This document shows, in pieces, positions 9,270-17,855 of a stretch of 56,716 nt of DNA. The translations under genes and the position numbers were made by a program. Source of the DNA: an uncultured Halobacteriales archaeon. GTDB taxonomy: Archaea > Thermoplasmatota > E2 > JACPAO01. Positions within the stretch are counted from its first letter, which is position 1; each line of letters opens with the position of its first letter. The stretch spans positions 1-56,716 of the forward strand of contig CAYOZB010000002.1 of the NCBI GenBank assembly GCA_964408365.1, read 5' to 3'. A model generated the notes under the pieces. That model was not told the DNA's origin, searched no databases, and worked only from the letters and a program-made list of their open reading frames with translations.

Positions 9270-10172
9270 ATGCAAAAGAGCCTCCCCGTCTTCGCCCTTG
9301 TCGCCTCCCTGTTGTTTGCCGGATGCGCAGGAGGCGACGCCAAGACGACCCCCACGTCGTCCCCCGACAGCCCGACGGGCCTCAAGGAAGTCGATTTCGA
9401 CGGCGACGGCGGATCGATCCAGGGAAGCGTGACCGACAGCCAAGTGGTCCCGATCGCGGGAGCGCAGGTCGCCCTCGACGAGCTTGGCGTCGTCCAGAGC
9501 GACGCCGACGGCGCATTCCGATTCCAGAACGTCCCGCCCGGATCACACACGATCTACGCGTCCGCACTCGGCTTTTCGTCGGCGGGGAAGAAGATCGAGG
9601 TGGTCGCAGGCGAAACGACGACCGTGGCATTCCTCTTGGAGGAGCTCGCTGTCGAGGAAGGCTACGTGTTGATCGACCAGAACGAAGGTCACATCTGCCT
9701 TCAGGTGGGCATCGCTCACCCGACCGGTGCGACGCCAGGCGTTTACGTCAATTTCGGGAACCTCATGTGCCCGAACGCGGGCCTCATCTTCATCGGATTC
9801 GAGATCGACCCCGGCATCCAGGCGATCGTGACGGAGATGGTCTGGCAGCAGACCTCCGGGGTCACGTCGCGTGAACTTCGGATCGAGAATTGGCAAGGCG
9901 GGGCTCGCAGCGGAGCCTTCACCTTCGACCACCGGTACGGCAGCGCAGCCGGAGCCAGCCCGGTCGTCCTTCGGTACGGACTGGGCGATGGCGAAGCGTT
10001 CGGCGGGGTCACGAACGAGACCGCAGCCGTCGACAACGCGGTCATTGTCCCACCCGACACGAGCAAACCCGGGGGCCTGAACATCGTCTTCGACCAGCGC
10101 ACGACGATCTACAACTCCATGTTCTACGGACTCGTCCCCGACGAGACCTACTCGTCGCTCCCCGACGCGTAA
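9270..10172 (+). CDS. secreted lipoprotein, CarboxypepD_reg-like domain plus PDA-tail domain (family member A)
   Basis: Lipobox LLFAGC. GSIQGSVTDSQVVPIAGAQVALD...DADGAFRFQNVPPGSHTIYASALGF matches the carboxypeptidase regulatory-like fold pattern. Ends ...TIYNSMFYGLVPDETYSSLPDA-stop. Confidence 0.7.
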   Translation: MQKSLPVFALVASLLFAGCAGGDAKTTPTSSPDSPTGLKEVDFDGDGGSIQGSVTDSQVVPIAGAQVALDELGVVQSDADGAFRFQNVPPGSHTIYASALGFSSAGKKIEVVAGETTTVAFLLEELAVEEGYVLIDQNEGHICLQVGIAHPTGATPGVYVNFGNLMCPNAGLIFIGFEIDPGIQAIVTEMVWQQTSGVTSRELRIENWQGGARSGAFTFDHRYGSAAGASPVVLRYGLGDGEAFGGVTNETAAVDNAVIVPPDTSKPGGLNIVFDQRTTIYNSMFYGLVPDETYSSLPDA

Positions 10173-10212
10173 CGTCGTCAGCTACAACTAAGGCGGCGAG
10201 CTTCCGGGTCTG

Positions 10213-11145
10213 TTGCCTTCCCCGTCCGACCAGCGGATTCTTTCCTTGCTTCCCGGCGCGACCGAGACGGTCTTCGCTCTCGGCGCCAACGACGGCTTGG
10301 TCGGCGTGAGCCACGAATGCGACCACCCGCCCGCTGCCAACAAACTGCCCCGCGTCACGCGGGCCCGCATCAATGCGCACGCGTCGAGCAAGGCGATCGA
10401 TGAGGAGATCAAGGCCCGCGGAAAAGCGAAGGAAAGCCTCTTCGAACTGGATCTCAACCTCATCAAGAAACTGCGGCCTAACGTGATCCTCACCCAGGTC
10501 CAATGCGACGTCTGCGCGGTCACGCCAGAAGACCTGAAGAAAGTCGTCGAGGTCCTCGACGAACGGCCCACCATCGTCGCCGTCGACGGCCAAGACCTCG
10601 AGGGCGTCCTACGCGACATGAGGTCGATCGCCGAAGCATTGGGGATGCGCGAAGAGGGCAAACTCCTCCTCTTCCGCCAATGGCGGCTCGTGAAAGAGAT
10701 CCGCAGTCGCGTCGAAAACCTCGACATCCCCAAAGTGGCCGTCCTCGACTGGGTCGACCCGGTGATGTTCGCCGGCAACTGGATCCCCGAACTCGCCAAG
10801 ATCGCCGGCGGAGACGCCTCCCTCGTCGAAGCCGGAAAACCCAGCCGGTGGGGTTCCTGGGAAGAACTCGAAGAATTCGACCCGAACGTGCTCCTCGTCG
10901 CCCCCTGCGGACGCGGTGTCGCCGAGACCACCAAGGAACTCAACGCACCGCTCAAAAGGATCCGACGCGGCGAACTCACCGCACTCGACGACCAACGCGT
11001 CTTCGTCGCCGACGGACACCAATACTTCAGCCGACCCGGCCCCCGCCTCGTCTACACGGCCGCCCTCATGGCCCGGGCCTTCCACCCCACCCTGCCACCA
11101 CTGCCACCCGTCCTCGAGGAAATGGTCCGCCCGTGGCGCGGGTGA
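10213..11145 (+). CDS. BtuF-like periplasmic-binding-protein fold (Peripla_BP_2) protein without signal peptide
   Basis: ILSLLPGATETVFALGANDGLVGVSHECDHP, PNVILTQ and VFVADGHQYFSRPGPR are typical of cobalamin/siderophore-binding PBPs. No hydrophobic N-terminus. TTG start. Confidence 0.6.
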   Translation: MPSPSDQRILSLLPGATETVFALGANDGLVGVSHECDHPPAANKLPRVTRARINAHASSKAIDEEIKARGKAKESLFELDLNLIKKLRPNVILTQVQCDVCAVTPEDLKKVVEVLDERPTIVAVDGQDLEGVLRDMRSIAEALGMREEGKLLLFRQWRLVKEIRSRVENLDIPKVAVLDWVDPVMFAGNWIPELAKIAGGDASLVEAGKPSRWGSWEELEEFDPNVLLVAPCGRGVAETTKELNAPLKRIRRGELTALDDQRVFVADGHQYFSRPGPRLVYTAALMARAFHPTLPPLPPVLEEMVRPWRG

Positions 11146-11184
11146 CCGAACCGTAATTAGGGGACGCTGGGTCACCGCCGCTTC

Positions 11185-12981
11185 GTGGACGAGGCCCTCC
11201 GCCTCAAAGCCCGCAGCCTCCCTCGCGAACCGGGCGTCTACTTGTGGAAAGGACCCAACGGTCGCGTCCTCTACGTCGGAAAAGCGCAAGACCTCCGCGC
11301 ACGCGTCGGAAACTACCTCGGCAGCGGCACGAGCGAAAAGACCACGCAGATGGTCGGCGAAGCCACCGACCTGGAATTCGTCGCCGCCTCGAACGTCAAA
11401 GAAGCGCTCGTCCTCGAGCAGAACCTCATCAAACTCCATCGTCCTCCCTACAACGTCCTCCTCGTCGACGACAAAAAATACCCGTACATCGCGGTGACCG
11501 ACGAGACCTGGCCCCGCGTCGTCTACACCCGCGACCTGTCGCGAAAAGCCGCCGTCTTCGGACCGTTCCCCGACGCTGGAAAAGCGAAGCGGATCGCCCG
11601 GATGCTCAACCAGACCTTCCAACTCCGACAATGCCGCACCTTGCCGACGCGTGAATGCCTCTACTACCACATGCACCAATGCTCGGCCCCCTGCATCGGG
11701 GCCGTCTCGCAGGTCGACTACCAGAAACAGTCGGAACGCGCGCAAGAATTCCTTCGCGGAGAAGGCGCCCAACTCTCCAAACGGCTTCGCACGGAGATGG
11801 ACCAGGCCGCCGCCGCGCAACGGTTCGAGGCGGCCGCCGACTTCCGGGACCTCGCCGCCGCCATCGACAGCGTGCTCGAACGTCAACACGCGGAATCCCT
11901 CTCCGGCCGATCCTACGACGCGCTCGGGTTCTCCACGCGGGACGACCGTGCCTGCGCTGTCGTCGTCTTCGTCCGAGACGGCGCGATCGCCGGGCGCGAA
12001 TCCTATTTCCTCGCAAGCGTCCAAGGCGAACCGCTTGCTCGCGTCGCCAGCGCGTTCGTGGAACAATACTACGCCCAAGCGTTGCGGTTGCCGCCCGAGA
12101 TCCTCTTGCCCGTCGCGTTGGCCCAGCCGGAACCGGTGGAAGAGATGCTCTCTGAGCGCCGCGCCGGACGCGTCCGGCTTCGGGTCCCGGAACGGGGAGA
12201 ATCACGAAAGATCGTGGAGCTCGCTGAGAAGAATGCGCAACTTTCACTCGAACAGGAATTCCTGCTCCGCGAGCGTCGCGGCAGCGCGAGCATCGAAGAA
12301 CTCCAACGCGTCCTATCCCTCCCGGATCCGCCGACGCGCATCGAAGCGTTCGACATCAGCCACCACGCCGGGGAACACACCGTCGCCTCCATGGTGGTGC
12401 TCAAGGACGGAAAACCGTTCAAGGCGGATTACCGTCGGTTCAAGATCCGCACCACCGAAGGCGGGGACGACCCGGGCGCGATGCGCGAGGTCGTCCGACG
12501 CCGATACACCCGCGTCCTCGCGGAGGAAGGCGTCGACGCGTTGCCCGACCTGGTCTTGATCGACGGCGGCCCGACCCAGGTCGCGGCCGCCTGGGACGAA
12601 CTCCGAAGCCTGGGGCTTTCCGATCTGCCCGTCGTGGGTCTTGCGAAACGGTTCGAGGAACTCTACCGACCCCACCAACTCCACCCGATCCGTCTGAGTC
12701 GCGAATCCCCAGCGTTGCAAGCGTTGCAGCGGATCCGGGACGAAGCGCACCGGTTCGCCATCGGGTATCAGGGGCTCTTGAAATCGAAGGCGTTCCTTCA
12801 CTCCGAGTTGGACGAGATCGAGGGCATCGGTCCAGAACGCAAGCGTCGATTGTTGCAGACGTTTGGAAGCCTCGACGGGATCAAGGCCGCGACGATGGAA
12901 GAATTGGCCAAAGTGCCGGGAATCCATCGGCCGCTTGCGAAGAGGATCCACGATCAACTTCGCCAAGACGGTTCGCCATGA
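11185..12981 (+). CDS. uvrC: excinuclease ABC subunit C
   Basis: GIY-YIG N-terminus PGVYLWKGPNGRVLYVGKA. C-terminal helix-hairpin-helix pair ELDEIEGIGPERKRRLLQTFGSLDGI. GTG start. Confidence 0.9.
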   Translation: MDEALRLKARSLPREPGVYLWKGPNGRVLYVGKAQDLRARVGNYLGSGTSEKTTQMVGEATDLEFVAASNVKEALVLEQNLIKLHRPPYNVLLVDDKKYPYIAVTDETWPRVVYTRDLSRKAAVFGPFPDAGKAKRIARMLNQTFQLRQCRTLPTRECLYYHMHQCSAPCIGAVSQVDYQKQSERAQEFLRGEGAQLSKRLRTEMDQAAAAQRFEAAADFRDLAAAIDSVLERQHAESLSGRSYDALGFSTRDDRACAVVVFVRDGAIAGRESYFLASVQGEPLARVASAFVEQYYAQALRLPPEILLPVALAQPEPVEEMLSERRAGRVRLRVPERGESRKIVELAEKNAQLSLEQEFLLRERRGSASIEELQRVLSLPDPPTRIEAFDISHHAGEHTVASMVVLKDGKPFKADYRRFKIRTTEGGDDPGAMREVVRRRYTRVLAEEGVDALPDLVLIDGGPTQVAAAWDELRSLGLSDLPVVGLAKRFEELYRPHQLHPIRLSRESPALQALQRIRDEAHRFAIGYQGLLKSKAFLHSELDEIEGIGPERKRRLLQTFGSLDGIKAATMEELAKVPGIHRPLAKRIHDQLRQDGSP

Positions 12982-14070
12982 TCACGCGCCGGGCGCTTTG
13001 TGCACTTCCAACCAGAAGTGGTAATCCCCGTCCATGTAGACCGGCGAGTCGGTGGATTCTCCGCGCCAGTTGACGGCGACCTGCCAACCGGTCTGCGGCG
13101 CGAACGGGCTGTCCCACATCTCGGGATCGATCGGGATCCGCCACGCGAACCGTCCTTCTTGGAGACCAGGATCGGACACGGTGGGCGGCATGGCGCTCAC
13201 GTTCCACTCGGGCGAATCGAGGTTCGCTCCGCGGAAGAACAATGAGGGACGGTAGTGGAGTTGGCGCGAGGTGCTCGAATTGTAGAGCAGTTCGACGTGG
13301 AGTTCCGCGACGTCGCGCGACGGGACGTGTTTCAAGCCGGGTTGGTCGGGCGGCGTGGAACCGACGAGCGGGGGCCCCGAAGTGCCGGTGCCGGACGTTT
13401 CGGTGCGAGGTTCCCCGGGTCCGACCCGGGCATCGTAGAGGTCGCCGCGTTGGTCGAAGATCCGGACGACGCGACCGTCTTCCCAGCGGTCGTCGTAAGC
13501 GATCAGATCGGGCACGACCCCGTCCATCTTGACGATCTCGAGCCGCAACGTGTCGACCATGACGGCCACTTTTTCGGTGGACAACGAGAAGGTCCAGCGG
13601 GACCGGGGATCGGGTGCCCAGTCGTTCATCTCTTCGTCGACGCGGATGGTCGTCGACGCGGCGGTCAAGGGAACATTCCAGCCTGCACCGTTGGCTCCTC
13701 GCAGACTCAAGACGACGTCCGAGGGGGAACCGTCGGCGTTGCGGATCTCGTGCGTGAAGAGAAGGAACTCCGTCCCGGGCAGGATGGTGCGGCCGACGGG
13801 GACTTGGAGGGTGAGCGGGAACGTGGGCAGCACGTTCACGTTGTTGTACATGAAAATGAATTTCGACGACGCCCCGTCCCATTGGTCGTCCATCACGAGG
13901 AACGAGGGCGGATCGAAGTTGGGGAACACCAACGGGGTCCGGGGGGACATGCGGATCGCGTCGGACGTGTCCGTCGTGGGGTCATATGGCCACAAGACGG
14001 AGACGACGAGGAAGATCCCGACGAGGAACAGCAACTTGGAAGGGCGTCGCACTAGGGGAGTCCCTTGCAT
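12982..14070 (-). CDS. N-terminally membrane-anchored extracytoplasmic protein, no recognised domain
   Basis: ATG at 14070 gives MQGTPLVRRPSKLLFLVGIFLVVSVLWPY (signal anchor). 362 aa. Its stop abuts the uvrC stop (TGATCA 12979-12984). Confidence 0.5.
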   Translation of the reverse strand: MQGTPLVRRPSKLLFLVGIFLVVSVLWPYDPTTDTSDAIRMSPRTPLVFPNFDPPSFLVMDDQWDGASSKFIFMYNNVNVLPTFPLTLQVPVGRTILPGTEFLLFTHEIRNADGSPSDVVLSLRGANGAGWNVPLTAASTTIRVDEEMNDWAPDPRSRWTFSLSTEKVAVMVDTLRLEIVKMDGVVPDLIAYDDRWEDGRVVRIFDQRGDLYDARVGPGEPRTETSGTGTSGPPLVGSTPPDQPGLKHVPSRDVAELHVELLYNSSTSRQLHYRPSLFFRGANLDSPEWNVSAMPPTVSDPGLQEGRFAWRIPIDPEMWDSPFAPQTGWQVAVNWRGESTDSPVYMDGDYHFWLEVHKAPGA

Positions 14071-14128
14071 GCGGATGGTTAGCAAGGAGATTAGGTTTGT
14101 CGTCAATTTGTCGCTGCTTTCGCGACAC

Positions 14129-15763
14129 TTACAAGACCAGTTCAAACCCGATCGTGGGGGCTCCGAGCTCGAACGCCGTGATTACATCGGGTCGCAGTTC
14201 GCCGAACCAGCCGATTTCACGGCCATTGGCGTCGCGCAACGCGGCGCTTCGGCCCTCGTTGAACCCCGGGGCGGTCTTGGCGACGAACGTAGCGGTCATT
14301 CCGGCGTCGCGAAGGAACGTTTCGACGATGCCTTTGCATTCCGCGAAGCCGGCGTTCGCGCTGATGCGGCAACCCGCGACGCGCAACTCGTTCTTGGCGG
14401 ATACAGGGTCGGAGACGACGAGGCCGCTTTCGAAGATGGATTGGGGCAGTTCGCGTTGTTTGTTCGCGCGCAGGATCGACAAGAGGCTCGGCATGAGTCG
14501 GGGACGGAGGATGGCTTGCTCCAACGTGATCGGGTTCGCAATCTCAACCACGGGCGTCTCCTCGGCGGACATGCGTTCGAACACGTCGGCCTTCGATGTG
14601 ACGTTCAACGTCATGACCTCAGTGAACCCGAGTCCGAGGAGGATCGTGCGCGCGCGGCGGGTTTTCTTGGCGCGGGGCAAAACGCCGCCAAACAAGGCGC
14701 GTTCGGGCAACCGTGGTTCGAACCGTTCGAAGCCGTACCCGATCCCCATGTCCTCGACGAGATCGTCCGGGTGGAGGATGTCGATGCGGTACGCGGGGCT
14801 CGACACTTTCAGTTTTCCGCCGGGCTCGGCGACGACGTCGTGGCCCATGCGTCCGAGGTAGGTGCGCGCGGCTTCCTCGTCCGCTTCCAAACCGAGGACG
14901 TGCTTGGCGCGTGAGAGCCGGATCACGGTCTGGATGGGCGTCAGGTCCGGTGTGCGGATGCGTTTCTCTCCGCGGACGACTTCCATCGACTCGATCTTGC
15001 CGCCGCGTTCCGAGAGACTCGTGACGACGATGGCGAGGATCGCCATGACGGCGCGTTCGTCGGTGCCGGTCACATCGACGATGACGTCCTTGGTGCGGGT
15101 CGTGAGCGCCGTGAGTTCGCCGTTGATGACCGGAGGAAGGGAGAGGACCTTTCCGTCGGCGTCGACGATGAGCGGGACTTTTTCCATGCCCTCCAAGAGC
15201 GGGGCGTAGATGCGGCCCTTCTCGTGACGCTCGAAGATCTCATTCGGCGTCAATGCCTCGGTCATGCCGAGGGGCACGAAGTTGACTTCCTCGCGTCCGA
15301 CGGCTTTGTAGGTGAACGGACCGCGGACCGGAGCAGCGTCGTGGATGCCGATCGCGACCTTGCGTCGCTTCCGGCCCGGGCCGACCGTGAGTCGTTCCTG
15401 GAGTTCGATGAGCGCGGCCAAGCGTTTGTCGTCGATGCTCAAACCGCGCACACGAGCAAACCCGATGACGGGACGCACCTTGGTGACGCTCGGGTCGACG
15501 TTCACGACGTCGTTGCTCGGGTGGACATCGAACTTCGGCAAACCGGGGTTGACGTCGAAGAAGGCGCGGCACGCCCGCGCGAGTCCTTCGATCGATAAGA
15601 GGTCGGGTCGGTTGGGGAAAAATTCGAAGAGATGCAGGCCGTCGTCGTCGATGCCGTCGTAGGCGCCGCCCATCATGGGGACCCGCGCAACAAGTTCCTC
15701 CGCGGGGATGCGCCGACCGATGAGTCCGACGAGTTCTTCGTACTCGGCGGCCAAGACCGGCAT
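14129..15763 (-). CDS. pheT: phenylalanyl-tRNA synthetase beta subunit, archaeal type
   Basis: 544 aa. MPVLAAEYEELVGLIGR...FFPNRPDLLSIEGLARA and B3_4/B5-like central regions. Confidence 0.9.
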   Translation of the reverse strand: MPVLAAEYEELVGLIGRRIPAEELVARVPMMGGAYDGIDDDGLHLFEFFPNRPDLLSIEGLARACRAFFDVNPGLPKFDVHPSNDVVNVDPSVTKVRPVIGFARVRGLSIDDKRLAALIELQERLTVGPGRKRRKVAIGIHDAAPVRGPFTYKAVGREEVNFVPLGMTEALTPNEIFERHEKGRIYAPLLEGMEKVPLIVDADGKVLSLPPVINGELTALTTRTKDVIVDVTGTDERAVMAILAIVVTSLSERGGKIESMEVVRGEKRIRTPDLTPIQTVIRLSRAKHVLGLEADEEAARTYLGRMGHDVVAEPGGKLKVSSPAYRIDILHPDDLVEDMGIGYGFERFEPRLPERALFGGVLPRAKKTRRARTILLGLGFTEVMTLNVTSKADVFERMSAEETPVVEIANPITLEQAILRPRLMPSLLSILRANKQRELPQSIFESGLVVSDPVSAKNELRVAGCRISANAGFAECKGIVETFLRDAGMTATFVAKTAPGFNEGRSAALRDANGREIGWFGELRPDVITAFELGAPTIGFELVL

Positions 15764-15792
15764 CGGGGCGCGAAAATCGGGCCACTATTAGA

Positions 15793-15802
15793 AATTATAT
15801 AC
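15793..15802 (-). promoter_or_regulatory. TATA-like box ~30-39 nt upstream of the pheT ATG (leaderless-type spacing)
   Basis: AAATTATATA is the only AT-rich block in the 117-nt divergent spacer 15764-15880. Confidence 0.35.
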
Positions 15803-15880
15803 CCCCCGCGTCGATATTGGGAGTCGTCGCGTGCTCGTGGGTTTCCCGTCCGCTCTTTTTCTCGTGGGTTCGAGCTTTCC

Positions 15881-16528
15881 ATGAATCGGTACGGTTCTGA
15901 CTTTCCCGAGCCTCCATGGACGTACGCGCCGAAGGAAGTCGACACGTGGCTGACCTCCGTCGCCCAAGGCGCGAAAGTCCAGAAAATGGACGCGTTCAAG
16001 AACGAGAAGGACCGCACGTTGGAGAACGTCGAGATCGTCCTGGACGTCGACTCGGTCAAGACGAAGATCAAGCCCAGCACTTTCTTCATGACGTGGCTTC
16101 GCGACTTGACGGGCCGCGTCAAGTTTGAACAACATTTCGAGGTCGCCGCCGCGGCGGAGCTCGTCGTGCGGGCCCTCGCGAAGGCCCGGTACCATTCCAT
16201 CACCAAGATCGCCGTCGACGGGAAGGTCGAATACAACAAGCCCGACCACCCGAAGGACGTGCGCGGCACCATCGAACTGTTGGCCGAAGCGAGTCACCGC
16301 GCGACCCGGTGCGAAGCCGTGCAGATCGAGGCGATCGACGACGAGGTCGGCGACACGACGGCCCTCGTGACCGTCAAACGCATCCTCAAGAAAGGCGAGC
16401 ACGCCATCGGAGTGAAGTTCAACGGCTCCGTCGTCGAGGAAGACTTCCGCACATTCCTCAGCTTCCTGTCCCAGAACCTCAACGCGACCTTCGTGTACCA
16501 GAACAGCGCGGCCGCCCCGGCACCGTAG
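15881..16528 (+). CDS. hypothetical cytoplasmic protein (215 aa)
   Basis: ATG at 15881 (MNRYGSDFPEPPW). Protein-like composition and GC-rich third positions. The upstream part of ORF 15632.. overlaps pheT and is discounted. Confidence 0.5.
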   Translation: MNRYGSDFPEPPWTYAPKEVDTWLTSVAQGAKVQKMDAFKNEKDRTLENVEIVLDVDSVKTKIKPSTFFMTWLRDLTGRVKFEQHFEVAAAAELVVRALAKARYHSITKIAVDGKVEYNKPDHPKDVRGTIELLAEASHRATRCEAVQIEAIDDEVGDTTALVTVKRILKKGEHAIGVKFNGSVVEEDFRTFLSFLSQNLNATFVYQNSAAAPAP

Positions 16529-16563
16529 GGCTTTAACTTCGCCCCTCGGGTTCGACGCGTCCA

Positions 16564-17730
16564 ATGCCTGATTCGGCCCCGACCGGACTCTACAAGCTCG
16601 CTCCCAGCGAGCGCGTCCGATTGGTCGCCAAATGGGCCGCCCTGACGAAAGAAGAGACGCGGCTCCTGCGCTCCTCCTTCGCCACCAATAGCGCGCTCGA
16701 CGCCGACACCGCCGATGGCATGATCGAGAACGTCGTCGGCACATTCTCCCTTCCCATGGGCATCGCGACGAATTTCCGCATCAACGGCACGGACGTGCTC
16801 GTGCCGATGGTGATCGAAGAACCCTCCGTCGTGGCGGCCGCATCGAACGCCGCGAAGATCGCTCTCGTGCGCGGCGGGTTCAAGGCACGCGCAAGCGAAC
16901 CCATCATGATCGGCCAAATCCATCTCGAAGGGGTGAAGGACTCCGCCGCGGCGGCCGAGGAGATCATCCGACGAAAACTGGACGTGCTTCGCGCTGCACG
17001 CGACGGTACCTCGAGCCTCGAGCGACGCGGCCTCGGCGCCGTCGACTTGGAAGTCCGGGTGCTGCGCGACGGCAAGACCTCCGTCCTCATCGTCCACCTC
17101 CTCGTCGACGTCGGCGACGCGATGGGAGCCAACGCGGTCAACACGCGCTGCGAACGCGCCGCCAAGTTCTTGGAACGTCTCACTGGAGGAAAGGCGCGAC
17201 TGCGCATCCTTTCGAACCTCGCCGATCGCCGCCTCGCGATGGCCGAAGCCACCTTCGCCGCGGACCAACTCGGCGGCGCGAAGACCGTCGACCACATCGT
17301 CGCCGCGTACAAGATCGCCGAGATGGACCCGTACCGTTGCGCCACGCACAACAAGGGAATCATGAACGGGATCGACGCCGTCGCCCTCGCCACGGGCAAC
17401 GATTGGCGCGCAATCGAAGCGGGAGCCCATTCCTACGCGGCGAAATCGGGTCGCTACGAAAGTCTCACGCGGTTCCACAAGAACAAGGACGGCGACCTCG
17501 TCGGCCAGATCGAACTCCCCATGTCGGTCGGCATCGTGGGAGGTTCCACCCAGGTCAACCCCATGGCCAAGTTGGCATTGAAGATCCTTCGCGTCCAATC
17601 CGCCCGCGAACTTGCCCAAATCGTCGCCTGCGTCGGCTTGGCCCAGAACCTCGCCGCGCTGCTCGCCCTCTCGACGGAGGGCATCCAGGCGGGTCACATG
17701 CGTTTGCACCAGAGGATTTCGAGGACCTGA
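16564..17730 (+). CDS. hmgA: hydroxymethylglutaryl-CoA reductase, short soluble (class II-like) form
   Basis: ENVVGTFSLPMGIATNF, IEEPSVVAAASN, DAMGANAVN, and GHMRLH near the C-terminus. 388 aa with no membrane domain. Confidence 0.9.
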   Translation: MPDSAPTGLYKLAPSERVRLVAKWAALTKEETRLLRSSFATNSALDADTADGMIENVVGTFSLPMGIATNFRINGTDVLVPMVIEEPSVVAAASNAAKIALVRGGFKARASEPIMIGQIHLEGVKDSAAAAEEIIRRKLDVLRAARDGTSSLERRGLGAVDLEVRVLRDGKTSVLIVHLLVDVGDAMGANAVNTRCERAAKFLERLTGGKARLRILSNLADRRLAMAEATFAADQLGGAKTVDHIVAAYKIAEMDPYRCATHNKGIMNGIDAVALATGNDWRAIEAGAHSYAAKSGRYESLTRFHKNKDGDLVGQIELPMSVGIVGGSTQVNPMAKLALKILRVQSARELAQIVACVGLAQNLAALLALSTEGIQAGHMRLHQRISRT

Positions 17731-17855
17731 GTCCCATCCGGTCAAGCGTCGACCGCGTTGGACCCTTCCCGGCATGGAAACAGTAGGACCAGCCGTACTT
17801 GACCCGGCGACGACATGTGCTAAATACCAGAGCCGGAGAATTCGGGCCGATCGGC

